Positions 1 to 9,693 of a DNA stretch of 64,000 bases are shown piece by piece. Made by a program: the position numbers and the translations under genes. Origin of the DNA: a bacterium (lineage in GTDB: Bacteria > Zhuqueibacterota > Zhuqueibacteria > Residuimicrobiales > Krinioviventaceae). How positions within the stretch are numbered: position 1 is the first letter of the stretch; each line of letters opens with the position of its first letter. The DNA is taken from positions 672,001 through 736,000 of the forward strand of contig CAXXFV010000016.1 of assembly GCA_963674595.2 (NCBI GenBank). The letters run 5' to 3'. A model generated the notes under the pieces. The model saw only the letters and a list, made by a program, of their open reading frames with translations. It did no database searches and was not told the DNA's origin.

Positions 1-291
1 ATTATTTTATATGAATCTCCCAAACGACTTTATCGGACTCTTGTTGATATTCACAAAGTTATTGGCGATAGACAAATAGCAATTGTTCGTGAACTTACCA
101 AAGTTTTTGAACAAACCATTAGAGGTCCTCTTTCAGAATTGTTGACTGATTTTGATAAAATTACTTTAAAAGGTGAAATTGTCCTGGTAATTGAAGGTAA
201 TACGCGACAAATACAAAGAAATAAAAAGTCGCTTTTAAAAGAAAAGCGCTATAAAGATGATTGGAGGAATAGTGCAACGGATAATGTGTAA
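1..291 (+). CDS. rsmI: 16S rRNA (cytidine1402-2'-O)-methyltransferase, 3' part (5' truncated by window)
   Basis: Frame 1 translated by hand: IILYESPKRL...IAIVRELTKVFEQTIRG...KGEIVLVIEG, the typical RsmI YESP/RELTK/KGE motifs. Stop TAA at 289-291 overlaps the panD start. Confidence 0.9.
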   Translation: MILYESPKRLYRTLVDIHKVIGDRQIAIVRELTKVFEQTIRGPLSELLTDFDKITLKGEIVLVIEGNTRQIQRNKKSLLKEKRYKDDWRNSATDNV

Positions 292-628
292 ATCCAAAAT
301 CCATCGTGCACGTGTTACCGACGCTGATTTGAATTATGAAGGTAGTTTGACCCTTGATCCCGATTTTATGGAAGCTGCCGGTTTATTGCCCTATGAAAAA
401 GTTCAGGTTGTGAATATAAATAATGGTACCAGAGCAGAAACTTATCTTATTGAAGGGAAAAAAGGCGCCAAAGAGGTATGTATAAACGGTGCTTTAGCAC
501 GTTGGGCCCAAAAAGATGATTTGATTATTGTAATTGCCTATGCTGTTGTTGATGAAAGTGAATTAAGTGAATTTACCCCTAAAGTGGTTTTGATGGATGA
601 AAATAATAACATCAAAGAGGTGAATTAA
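272..628 (+). CDS. panD: Aspartate 1-decarboxylase (pyruvoyl proenzyme)
   Basis: KSKIHRARVT..LNYEGS (G-S autocleavage site), NG.R.ETY, CINGA. Likely GTG start at 272 after GGAGG (263-267). Confidence 0.96.
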   Translation: MQRIMCKSKIHRARVTDADLNYEGSLTLDPDFMEAAGLLPYEKVQVVNINNGTRAETYLIEGKKGAKEVCINGALARWAQKDDLIIVIAYAVVDESELSEFTPKVVLMDENNNIKEVN

Positions 629-669
629 TAATATCTTAAAGTTTAACTAGTGACCGAAAGTGAACAATT

Positions 670-2010
670 TTGCAAAAATCTTCACCTCTAAAAACGATCC
701 TTAAAACTTCTCTGCCTGCAGTTATCGATTTGTCTTCTCAAACAATTATGTGGACAATCGAAGCTATTTTCATCGGCCGGCTTAGTGCTTCTGCATTTGC
801 CGGACATGGTGTTGCTTTACAAATTATACTTGTGTTTTTTTCTGTTATGTTGACTTTTGTTGTTGGTGCCAGTTTAATTATTAATCGGCACCTGGGGGCA
901 AAAGACTATTTTCAAGCAAACCATGTTTTTGGTCAGGCTATGATTTTAGGCGTTTTGATGGCCTTTCTTTTTGCCTTTATCTGGTATTCAGGAGCCATTC
1001 ACATCATTGGTCTGATAAAGGAAGGTGAATCCGCCCTGGCTGAGGAAGCGGGCGTTACCTATATTCGCACAGTTGCTTTATTTGCGCCTCTGTTGATTAC
1101 TAATTTTGTTGCAGTTGGTATCATCCGATCTATCGGTGATACAAAGTATTCCATGTTTGTCAATGTTTTAATTAATTCTATAAACGTTGTTTTATCACCA
1201 ATGTTAATATTTGGCTGGTTTGGTTTTCCTCGTTTGGAAGTTAAAGGTGCCGCCCTGGCCGTTGGAATTGCTCATAGCATTGGTTTTGTAGTTACATTTT
1301 TTCTGTTACGCAGTAACAAATTGCAAATTTTTCTTTCTTTTAAAGAGCTGACTTCACCAAAATGGGAAAGTTTTAAAAAGCTTTTTAAAACAGGTCTACC
1401 GACAACAATGGAGCAATTGGCCTGGGCATTAGGAATGCTGGCTGCCACAATATATGCCGGACAAATATCTATTTATATATTATCAACTCACCAGGTTTTT
1501 GTTCGAATTCAAAATGTTCTTTCTATGGTATATATGGGCTTTTCTTTAACTGCCATGAGTATTATGGGACAGAATCTTGGCGCATCAAATAATGTTTTGG
1601 CTGAAAAAATGGCCAAAGCCGCGCACCGAATTATGGGTGTCTTTGTTCTGATTATTGTAGCCATTATGATGTGTTGCTCTAAAACATTGATTCTGGTTTT
1701 CAATCGTGATCCTCAGGTATTGGAACTTGGAACCAAAGCCATCTATATATTTGCATTTGCGCAGATACCAAAAGCATTAAATAATGTAATTAGCGGAAAT
1801 TTACGCGGCATCGGGCATTTACAATGGCTGATGTGGACGACGATTATATTTGTACTTATTTTCGAAATTGGATTGAATTATTTTTCCGCATTCGTGTTTG
1901 GATGGGGTTTATATGGTATTTGGGGAATACAGAGCCTGGATGAATCTATTCGATTTAGTATGAACTATTGGCGGTTTCATGGTGGTAGTTGGAGGAAAGC
2001 TGTTTCATAA
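670..2010 (+). CDS. MATE family efflux transporter
   Basis: 446 aa, about 12 hydrophobic segments in two repeats, with RSIGDTK..M, PRLEVKGAALA and GQNLGA motifs. Confidence 0.9.
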   Translation: MQKSSPLKTILKTSLPAVIDLSSQTIMWTIEAIFIGRLSASAFAGHGVALQIILVFFSVMLTFVVGASLIINRHLGAKDYFQANHVFGQAMILGVLMAFLFAFIWYSGAIHIIGLIKEGESALAEEAGVTYIRTVALFAPLLITNFVAVGIIRSIGDTKYSMFVNVLINSINVVLSPMLIFGWFGFPRLEVKGAALAVGIAHSIGFVVTFFLLRSNKLQIFLSFKELTSPKWESFKKLFKTGLPTTMEQLAWALGMLAATIYAGQISIYILSTHQVFVRIQNVLSMVYMGFSLTAMSIMGQNLGASNNVLAEKMAKAAHRIMGVFVLIIVAIMMCCSKTLILVFNRDPQVLELGTKAIYIFAFAQIPKALNNVISGNLRGIGHLQWLMWTTIIFVLIFEIGLNYFSAFVFGWGLYGIWGIQSLDESIRFSMNYWRFHGGSWRKAVS

Positions 2011-2663
2011 TGTCGAATTTGAAGGACCATAAATCCGGATATTTTATTACTTTTGAAGGAATAGATTATTCGGGAAAATCAGTACAGACGAATCTTTTTT
2101 GTCAATATTTAATGGAAAAAAAGATAGATTATATTTCTTTACGCGATCCAGGTGCGACACGAATTTCGGAGCAAATTCGTAAAATTTTATTGGATAACTC
2201 ACATACGGAAATGTCTGACTGGACAGAATTGTTATTATATGAGGCAGCACGTGCTCAAATGGTTGAGCAAAGTATTTTACCGGCATTAGCGGAAAATAAA
2301 TTAATAGTTTGTGACCGTTTTTTTGATTCTACAACAGCTTATCAGGGATACGGACGCAAACTTGATTTAAATATTGTTCATAATGCAAATCAAATCGGCT
2401 CCTGTGGATATACTCCTGATTTGACATTTTTAATTGATTTGGAACCCAAAACAGCTCTTCAACGTAGAACTAGGATTAATGCAGACGCGGACAGACTGGA
2501 ATCTGAAGGATTAGAGTTTCAAAATAGAATTCGGAATGGTTACTTGCAGATTGCAGCGCATGAAAAGCGTGTTCATATTGTGAATGGAAATCAAGCTGTT
2601 GAAAATATTCATAAAGAAATTATTGACATTTTTAGTGCAACATATCAGGGTTTTGTTGATTGA
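2010..2663 (+). CDS. tmk: Thymidylate (dTMP) kinase
   Basis: FITFEGIDYSGKS P-loop, RDPG, LLYEAARAQ, CDRF..ST.AYQG, PDLT. ATG at 2010 overlaps the MATE stop (TAATG). Confidence 0.95.
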   Translation: MSNLKDHKSGYFITFEGIDYSGKSVQTNLFCQYLMEKKIDYISLRDPGATRISEQIRKILLDNSHTEMSDWTELLLYEAARAQMVEQSILPALAENKLIVCDRFFDSTTAYQGYGRKLDLNIVHNANQIGSCGYTPDLTFLIDLEPKTALQRRTRINADADRLESEGLEFQNRIRNGYLQIAAHEKRVHIVNGNQAVENIHKEIIDIFSATYQGFVD

Positions 2664-2685
2664 AAGCCGTGAGAGGATAAAAAAT

Positions 2686-4422
2686 ATGAGTAAAACTAAA
2701 AAGATCACCCTTGTTGTATTGCTGGTGTTTTCTGCTACTATAATTACTGGCTGGTTTTCCGGATTATACAGCAACAGCACTAATGATATTTATGCTCAGG
2801 TTCGAAAGTCTATTTTAACTTTTGGTGAAGTATACAAAACTGTCACTGCAAGATATGTTGAAGATATTGAACCGGAGAAATTTTTACAGGCAGGTATTCA
2901 GGGAATGCTGGATAAACTTGATCCTTATACGGTTTACCTGGAGTCTGAGGGAAAAGACGAAATTGAAATAATGACCCGTGGTAAATATTATGGCGTGGGT
3001 ATGCGTATTGTTGTTCGTAATGGATGGGCAACAGTTGCAGAGCAGCCTTTTGCCAACAGTCCTGCTTTTCGGGCCGGTATTCGCGAAGGTGACCAGATTG
3101 TTGAAATTGATGGTCATTCAACCAAGGATGAAAGTTTGACTAAAACGGCCGGTCGTCTTCGTGGAACGGAAAAAGGCAGTGAAGTTAAAATAAAAATTAA
3201 ACGTGTTGGTGAAGAAAAATCATTGGCTTTTACACTTATCCGTGATGAAATTGTTGTTTCGGATATTCAATATACCGGTTTTGTTGAACCCGGTGTTGGT
3301 TTGATAAAACTTGAACGTTTTAACAGGGGCGCCGGTCATCAACTTTTTGAAGCTATCCAGGATTTGGAAGAACAAGGTCTGGATAAATTGATTTTAGACT
3401 TGCGCAGTAATCCCGGTGGATTGTTGGATGTAGCTGTGGAAGTTGCCGATTTGTTTGTGCCGAAAGGCTCACTTGTTGTTTATACGGAAGGACGCCATAA
3501 AGACTCACGGCAAGAGTTCCGGGCGAGAACCAATCCAATATTTGGGGAAAAACCGCTTGTTATTCTTGTTGATGGTTTCAGTGCATCTGCATCTGAAATT
3601 GTTTCCGGAGCAATTCAGGATTTGGACAGAGGTGTTATCATTGGAAGCCGGTCTTTTGGAAAAGGTCTTGTTCAAACAGTTGTTCCTTTGGATAGAAAAG
3701 GTGATACGCAATTAAAATTAACAACAGCAAAATATTATATGCCCAGTGGCCGACTTATTCAAAAACCGGATGCTTTTAACAGAGGCCGGGGTTCTGTTTT
3801 AATGAATTCTACAGAAAACGGAGACGAAGACGATCCTAAAGAAGAAGAAAAAGAAGAAACTGTGGAAGAAAAATTCTATACAAAAAATGGCCGCGTCGTT
3901 TTGGGCGGTGGTGGAATTACACCTGATGTAAAAGTTAAAAATCCACGAACAAGCCGCTTTGTCATTGAGCTTATGAGAAAATCCATGTTTTTTAATTATA
4001 GCTTGAATTATGCTGCTGACCATAAAAACCTTACACCTGATTTTGAAATAACAGATCCAATTCTTGATGGTTTTTTCAAATTCGTTGAAGGAAAAGAGTT
4101 TGATTATAATCCGGATGGATATGAAGAAATTGAAAACATTGAAAAGTTAGCAAAAGAAGACGGCTATTTGGAAAACATTCAGGCATCAGTTGATGCACTG
4201 AAAAAGGACTTTAAAGTGGTTAAACAAAAAGAAAAAGAAAATTCGATAGATGATGTAAAAATGTTGTTAAAACGTGAAATCTCAGCAAAACTATTCAGCG
4301 CTGATGTTGCCTACCAGTCTATGTTTGCAAGTGATTCTGTATTAACCAAAGCCGTTCAAATACTCAAAGATGAAAATGAATATTCTAAACTTTTAAATGT
4401 TCAGGTTGCAGTTAAGAAATAA
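2686..4422 (+). CDS. ctpA: S41 family C-terminal processing protease (CtpA/Prc-like, PDZ domain)
   Basis: N-terminal signal/anchor, LDPYT, G.GM...SPA..AGIREGD (PDZ), LDLRSNPGGLL, SASASEIVSGA, FGKG.VQ, GITPD. Start placed at ATG 2686 after GAGG. Confidence 0.93.
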   Translation: MSKTKKITLVVLLVFSATIITGWFSGLYSNSTNDIYAQVRKSILTFGEVYKTVTARYVEDIEPEKFLQAGIQGMLDKLDPYTVYLESEGKDEIEIMTRGKYYGVGMRIVVRNGWATVAEQPFANSPAFRAGIREGDQIVEIDGHSTKDESLTKTAGRLRGTEKGSEVKIKIKRVGEEKSLAFTLIRDEIVVSDIQYTGFVEPGVGLIKLERFNRGAGHQLFEAIQDLEEQGLDKLILDLRSNPGGLLDVAVEVADLFVPKGSLVVYTEGRHKDSRQEFRARTNPIFGEKPLVILVDGFSASASEIVSGAIQDLDRGVIIGSRSFGKGLVQTVVPLDRKGDTQLKLTTAKYYMPSGRLIQKPDAFNRGRGSVLMNSTENGDEDDPKEEEKEETVEEKFYTKNGRVVLGGGGITPDVKVKNPRTSRFVIELMRKSMFFNYSLNYAADHKNLTPDFEITDPILDGFFKFVEGKEFDYNPDGYEEIENIEKLAKEDGYLENIQASVDALKKDFKVVKQKEKENSIDDVKMLLKREISAKLFSADVAYQSMFASDSVLTKAVQILKDENEYSKLLNVQVAVKK

Positions 4423-4489
4423 GACATATTTAACATAAATAAACTAAAAATTATTAATTTAAATTTATCTAAAAACCTAAGGAGTAGTA

Positions 4490-7207
4490 ATGTCCGAAAA
4501 ATATGTTTATACTTTTGGCGCTGGTAAAGCCGAAGGTAAAGCTGATATGAAAAATTTATTAGGTGGTAAAGGTGCTAATCTTGCAGAAATGAATCTTATT
4601 GGTGTTCCCGTTCCTGCTGGTTTCACCATTACTACTGAAGTTTGTACTGTATACACTCAAAAAGGTCGTGATGCTGCTGTTGCAATGATTAAAGAACAAG
4701 TTGAAGCAGGTGTTAAGAATGTTGAAACTGTTATGAATGCAAAATTTGGTGACATTCAAAATCCACTGCTTGTTTCTGTTCGTTCCGGTGCACGCGTTTC
4801 CATGCCTGGTATGATGGATACTGTTTTAAACCTGGGATTAAATGAAAATGCCGTACAAGGTTTAGCGACAAAATCGGGTAATGAAAGATTTGCATGGGAC
4901 TCTTATCGTCGTTTTGTACAAATGTATGGAGATGTTGTTCTTGGATTAAAACCGGAAAGTAAAGAAGATATTGATCCTTTTGAAGAAATTATTGAAAAAG
5001 CCAAAGAAGCCAAAGGTGTTGAAAACGATACGGATCTTTCTACTGATGACTTGAAAAAAATGGTAACTGATTTTAAAGCCGCCGTGAAAAAACAAACAGG
5101 TAAAGATTTTCCTGATGATCCCTGGGAACAGCTTTGGGGCGCCGTATGTGCCGTATTTGATAGCTGGATGAATGAACGCGCTATCGTTTATCGTAAATTA
5201 AATGGTATCCCTGCAGAATGGGGAACAGCCGTTAATGTACAGGCCATGGTTTATGGAAACATGGGAGATAATTCCGGTACTGGTGTTGCCTTTACACGTG
5301 ATGCTGCTACAGGTGAAGATATTTTTAATGGTGAATATTTGGTTAATGCACAGGGTGAAGATGTTGTGGCCGGTGTTCGTACTCCGCAGCAAATAACCCT
5401 TGAAGGCTCAAAACGTTGGGCAGTTCTTGCCGGTGTTTCCGAAGAAGATAGAAAAACAAAATATCCTTCTTTAGAAGAAATTATGCCAAAAGTTTATAAG
5501 GAACTTATAGAAACAGAAACAAAACTTGAAAATCACTATAAAGATATGCAGGATCTCGAGTTTACTATTCAAGACGGACGCCTTTGGTTACTGCAAACAA
5601 GAAATGGTAAAAGAACCGGTGAAGCCATGGTTCGAATTGCTATTGAGTTGCTGGAACAGGGAATGATAGATGAAAAAGGCGCAATTTTAAAAATTGAAGC
5701 CAACAAGCTTGATGAATTGTTGCACCCGGTTTTTGATACTGACGCTGTTAAAGCTGCAACTGTATTGGCAAAAGGTCTCCCTGCTTCTCCTGGTGCTGCA
5801 ACCGGTCGTGTTGTTTTCTTTGCTGATGAAGCTGAAGAATGGAAAGCAAAGGGCGAAGAGGTTATCCTTGTTCGAATTGAAACTTCTCCTGAAGATTTGG
5901 CTGGTATGAATGCTGCTAATGGTATTTTAACAGCTCGTGGTGGTATGACTTCTCACGCTGCTGTTGTTGCTCGTGGTATGGGAAAATGCTGTGTTTCTGG
6001 TGCCGGTGCATGTAAAATTGATTATAAAATCCGTGAAATGAAAGTTGGCGGAAAGGTCATTAAAGAAGGTGACTGGATTTCGTTAAACGGTTCAACCGGT
6101 GAAGTTTATGACGGTAAAACAGAAACAAAAGATCCAGAATTATCCGGAAATTTTGGAAAATTAATGGACCTTTGTGCAAAACACACCAAAGTTCTTGTTC
6201 GGACCAATGCCGACAGTCCGCATGATTCCAAAGTTGCACGTGAATTTGGAGCCCAGGGAATTGGATTGTGTCGTACTGAACACATGTTCTTTGAAGGTGA
6301 AAGAATTAAAGCCATGCGCGAAATGATCCTTGCAAATGATGAGGCAGGTCGCCGTAAAGCTTTGGATAAACTTTTACCTTACCAACGTGAAGATTTTGAA
6401 GGTATCTTTGAAGCAATGGCCGGATACGGCGTTACCATCCGTCTGTTGGATCCGCCGCTGCATGAATTTGTTCCACATGAAGAAAAAAATCAGGCCGAAA
6501 TGGCACAGGAAATGGGAATTTCAGCAGAAGCTGTCAAATCCAAAGTTGAAGACCTGGCTGAATTTAACCCAATGCTCGGACATCGTGGATGCCGTTTGGG
6601 TAACACCTATCCTGAAATTACTGAAATGCAGGCCCGCGCAATTATTGAAGCCGCATTAAATTGTAAAGCCAAAGGTATTGATGCACGTCCGGAAATTATG
6701 GTCCCATTGATCGGTACAAAAGAAGAATTCAAAATGCAGGAACAAATTATTCGTGCAACTGCTGATAAAGTTTTTGCAGAAAAAGGCGCCAAAATCGATT
6801 ATTTGGTTGGAACAATGATTGAAATTCCCCGCGCTGCTTTAACAGCAGACGAAGTTGCAAAAGACGCTGAATTTTTCTCATTTGGTACAAATGATTTGAC
6901 CCAGATGACTTTTGGTTACTCCCGAGATGATGCTGGTAAATTTTTACCAATTTATCTTGACAAAGGCATCCTGAAGGAAGATCCATTCCAGGTATTGGAC
7001 CAAACCGGTGTTGGTCAGCTCGTTGAAATGGGAACCAAAAAAGGCCGCAGCACCCGACCTGACCTGAAGGTTGGAATTTGTGGTGAGCACGGTGGTGAAC
7101 CAAGCTCTGTTAAATTCTGCGCCAAAGTAGGAATGAACTATGTAAGTTGTTCTCCTTTCCGAGTTCCTATCGCACGCGTAGCTGCTGCTCAGGCTTCAAT
7201 TGAATAA
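4490..7207 (+). CDS. ppdK: Pyruvate, phosphate dikinase
   Basis: LLGGKGANLAEM, SVRSGA..SMPGMM, GGMTSHAAVVARG (phospho-His), EFFSFGTNDLTQ, GICGEHGG. Confidence 0.99.
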   Translation: MSEKYVYTFGAGKAEGKADMKNLLGGKGANLAEMNLIGVPVPAGFTITTEVCTVYTQKGRDAAVAMIKEQVEAGVKNVETVMNAKFGDIQNPLLVSVRSGARVSMPGMMDTVLNLGLNENAVQGLATKSGNERFAWDSYRRFVQMYGDVVLGLKPESKEDIDPFEEIIEKAKEAKGVENDTDLSTDDLKKMVTDFKAAVKKQTGKDFPDDPWEQLWGAVCAVFDSWMNERAIVYRKLNGIPAEWGTAVNVQAMVYGNMGDNSGTGVAFTRDAATGEDIFNGEYLVNAQGEDVVAGVRTPQQITLEGSKRWAVLAGVSEEDRKTKYPSLEEIMPKVYKELIETETKLENHYKDMQDLEFTIQDGRLWLLQTRNGKRTGEAMVRIAIELLEQGMIDEKGAILKIEANKLDELLHPVFDTDAVKAATVLAKGLPASPGAATGRVVFFADEAEEWKAKGEEVILVRIETSPEDLAGMNAANGILTARGGMTSHAAVVARGMGKCCVSGAGACKIDYKIREMKVGGKVIKEGDWISLNGSTGEVYDGKTETKDPELSGNFGKLMDLCAKHTKVLVRTNADSPHDSKVAREFGAQGIGLCRTEHMFFEGERIKAMREMILANDEAGRRKALDKLLPYQREDFEGIFEAMAGYGVTIRLLDPPLHEFVPHEEKNQAEMAQEMGISAEAVKSKVEDLAEFNPMLGHRGCRLGNTYPEITEMQARAIIEAALNCKAKGIDARPEIMVPLIGTKEEFKMQEQIIRATADKVFAEKGAKIDYLVGTMIEIPRAALTADEVAKDAEFFSFGTNDLTQMTFGYSRDDAGKFLPIYLDKGILKEDPFQVLDQTGVGQLVEMGTKKGRSTRPDLKVGICGEHGGEPSSVKFCAKVGMNYVSCSPFRVPIARVAAAQASIE

Positions 7208-7236
7208 ATAAATATCAGAAATATTTATAAAAGAAT

Positions 7237-7270
7237 AAGGCGTCCGCGTTAAACCGGGCGCTTTTTTATT
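7237..7270 (+). terminator. Intrinsic terminator after ppdK
   Basis: aaggcgtccg-cgttaaac-cgggcgcttt stem (with G-U pairs) followed by a T run. Confidence 0.8.
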
Positions 7271-7286
7271 TTTGTCAAATTCAATG

Positions 7287-7315
7287 TTGACATTTGTCGT
7301 TTTATTTAATATGCT
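7287..7315 (+). promoter_or_regulatory. Sigma70-type promoter for the ALDH gene
   Basis: TTGACA (7287-7292), 17-bp spacer, TATGCT (7310-7315), about 40 bp before the ATG. Confidence 0.6.
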
Positions 7316-7355
7316 TCATCGTAAGAATTTTCGTATGCATAACTATGGAGGCTTT

Positions 7356-8888
7356 ATGAAATTTTTGGATGAACTTGGAATTCAGGAAAAAAATTTTGGT
7401 ACCGCTTCTGGATGTGAATGGATAAAAACGACAGACCAGGGCGAAATTGATGTAACGTCTCCGGTTGATGGGAAAAAGATTGCCTCTGTATATCAGGCAT
7501 CGGTGCAGGATTTTCATCAACTTGTGGAACAAGCCCAGCAAACATTCCATGAATGGCGGATGGTGCCGGCACCAAAAAGAGGTGATTTAGTTCGCCAAAT
7601 CGGGCTGCAACTTCGGGAATATAAAAAGCCACTGGGGACCCTGGTTTCCTATGAAATGGGGAAATCCATTCAGGAAGGATGGGGAGAAGTTCAGGAAATG
7701 ATTGATGTGTGCGATTTTGCAGTTGGCCTGTCACGTCAGCTCCACGGCTTTACCATGCACTCTGAACGGGCCATGCACCGGATGTATGACCAATACCATC
7801 CTCTTGGAATTGTCGGTGTTATCACAGCTTTTAATTTCCCGGTTGCTGTTTGGGCCTGGAATGCCATGATTGCGGCTGTTTGTGGTGATGTAGTATTGTG
7901 GAAACCGTCTTCCAAAGTGCCTTTAACGGCGATTGCTGTTCAGAACATTATCGGCAAGGTTTTAAAAGAAAACAATCTCCCTGAAGGTGTTTTTAATTTG
8001 ATTGTAGGTCGTGGCGCGACTGTTGGTGAAAGTCTGGTTAATGACAAAAAAATTCCATTGGTTTCCATAACCGGCTCCACGGCTGTTGGGCGAAAAACAG
8101 CTGAAAAAGTTGGTAATCGACTGGGAAAGACGATCCTTGAACTTGGTGGCAACAATGCAATTATTGTAACGCCACATGCCGATTTGAAGCTTGCTTTACC
8201 GGCAATTGTATTTGGGGCCGTCGGTACAACCGGACAACGATGCACAACAACCCGACGTTTAATAATCCATGCCGGAATTTATGACAAACTAAAAGATGCT
8301 TTGGTTAAAGCCTACAAAAATTTAAAAATCGGCAGCCCGCTTGATGAAAAAAATCATGTTGGTCCGCTTGTTGATAAAGCAGCCGTAGAAACGTTTAAAA
8401 TGGCCCTTGAAAAAGTTGAAAAGAACGGCGGTCATATTCTTTGTGGTGGTGATGTTTTAAGCGGTCCTGAATACGCCTCCGGTTGTTATGTTGTTCCTGC
8501 CCTGGTAGAGGCAGAAAATGAATGGGACATTGTTCAGGAAGAAACGTTCGCACCAATTTTATATTTGATCAAGTATGAGGGAGATATTCATCAGGCGATT
8601 CGTATCCATAACGATGTGCCGCAGGGATTATCATCATCTATTTTTTCGGATAACATTCGTGAAACAGAAGCATTTCTTTCTCATGCCGGGTCTGATTGCG
8701 GTATAGCCAATGTAAATATCGGTACATCCGGTGCGGAAATCGGCGGTGCATTTGGCGGCGAAAAGGATACGGGCGGCGGCCGCGAATCCGGTTCTGATGC
8801 CTGGAAAGCATATATGAGACGCCAAACAAATACAATCAACTGGAGCTCAGAATTGCCGCTTGCGCAAGGAATCAAGTTTGATATTTAA
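7356..8888 (+). CDS. Aldehyde dehydrogenase family 7 (piperideine-6-carboxylate / alpha-aminoadipate-semialdehyde dehydrogenase-like)
   Basis: GEVQEMIDVCDFAVGLSRQL, AFNFPVAVWAWN, LELGGNNA, GQRCTT, GAEIGGAFGGEK.TGGGRESGSD are ALDH7/antiquitin signatures. ATG at 7356 after GGAGG. Confidence 0.93.
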   Translation: MKFLDELGIQEKNFGTASGCEWIKTTDQGEIDVTSPVDGKKIASVYQASVQDFHQLVEQAQQTFHEWRMVPAPKRGDLVRQIGLQLREYKKPLGTLVSYEMGKSIQEGWGEVQEMIDVCDFAVGLSRQLHGFTMHSERAMHRMYDQYHPLGIVGVITAFNFPVAVWAWNAMIAAVCGDVVLWKPSSKVPLTAIAVQNIIGKVLKENNLPEGVFNLIVGRGATVGESLVNDKKIPLVSITGSTAVGRKTAEKVGNRLGKTILELGGNNAIIVTPHADLKLALPAIVFGAVGTTGQRCTTTRRLIIHAGIYDKLKDALVKAYKNLKIGSPLDEKNHVGPLVDKAAVETFKMALEKVEKNGGHILCGGDVLSGPEYASGCYVVPALVEAENEWDIVQEETFAPILYLIKYEGDIHQAIRIHNDVPQGLSSSIFSDNIRETEAFLSHAGSDCGIANVNIGTSGAEIGGAFGGEKDTGGGRESGSDAWKAYMRRQTNTINWSSELPLAQGIKFDI

Positions 8889-8941
8889 AATTTACCTTTC
8901 ACTTTTTTTAAATAATTTTGTACCTTTTTAACTAAAATATG

Positions 8942-8983
8942 GCGCAAAGAATATCGCCAAAATTATTTTCTTTGCGCTTTTTT
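8942..8983 (+). terminator. Terminator-like hairpin between ALDH and HAD phosphatase
   Basis: GCGCAAAGAA...TTCTTTGCGC 10-bp stem with a 16-nt loop, followed by TTTTTT. Confidence 0.6.
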
Positions 8984-9018
8984 AATCTATGAATAATAAA
9001 GGATAATGGCAGCCTGAG

Positions 9019-9678
9019 ATGAGTGTTCGAATATTCTGTGATTTTGATGGGACGATAGCGGTTAATGATGTCGGTAATTTACTATTTACACGATTTGGGG
9101 ATAAAGAAAAATGGTGGGACCTTGTTGATTTATGGAAACAACATAAAATAAATGGCCCGGATTTGTGGATAAAACAAGCTGATCAAACTAGAATTGATCC
9201 GATTGAATTGGAGAAATTTATTAGTGAACAAACAATCGATCCTGATTTTAGATCGTTTGTCAATAAATGTGAAAAAAAATTGCTTCCATTGCATATTTTA
9301 AGTGATGGCATGGATATTTATATCCACAAGATATTGGAAAGTAACCATCTTGACTATCTTGACGTTAAAGCAAATAAAATGACCATTCAATCTGATAATT
9401 CTCTTAAATTAGAGTTTCCATATTTTAAATATGGCTGTGGACGGTGCGGGAATTGTAAGGGAAGCCAGATACGGTTGTTAAAGCAAAGCGGCGAAAAGAC
9501 GATATATATAGGAGATGGGCATTCGGATCTATGCGCCCTTGACGAAGCTGACATTACTTTTGCAAAAGGTGCTTTGCTAAAACATTGTAAAGAACGAAAT
9601 TTGAGTTATTATGCATTTGAAAATTTTTCTGATATTATTAATAAATTAGATAATATTATTTTTGAAGAAAATAATTAA
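9019..9678 (+). CDS. HAD-IB family phosphatase (MtnX-like)
   Basis: FCDFDGTI (motif I), LSDG (II), CG.CK (III), IGDGHSD.CA...D..FAK (IV). Confidence 0.85.
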   Translation: MSVRIFCDFDGTIAVNDVGNLLFTRFGDKEKWWDLVDLWKQHKINGPDLWIKQADQTRIDPIELEKFISEQTIDPDFRSFVNKCEKKLLPLHILSDGMDIYIHKILESNHLDYLDVKANKMTIQSDNSLKLEFPYFKYGCGRCGNCKGSQIRLLKQSGEKTIYIGDGHSDLCALDEADITFAKGALLKHCKERNLSYYAFENFSDIINKLDNIIFEENN

Positions 9679-9693
9679 ATAGGAGTAAATGCT

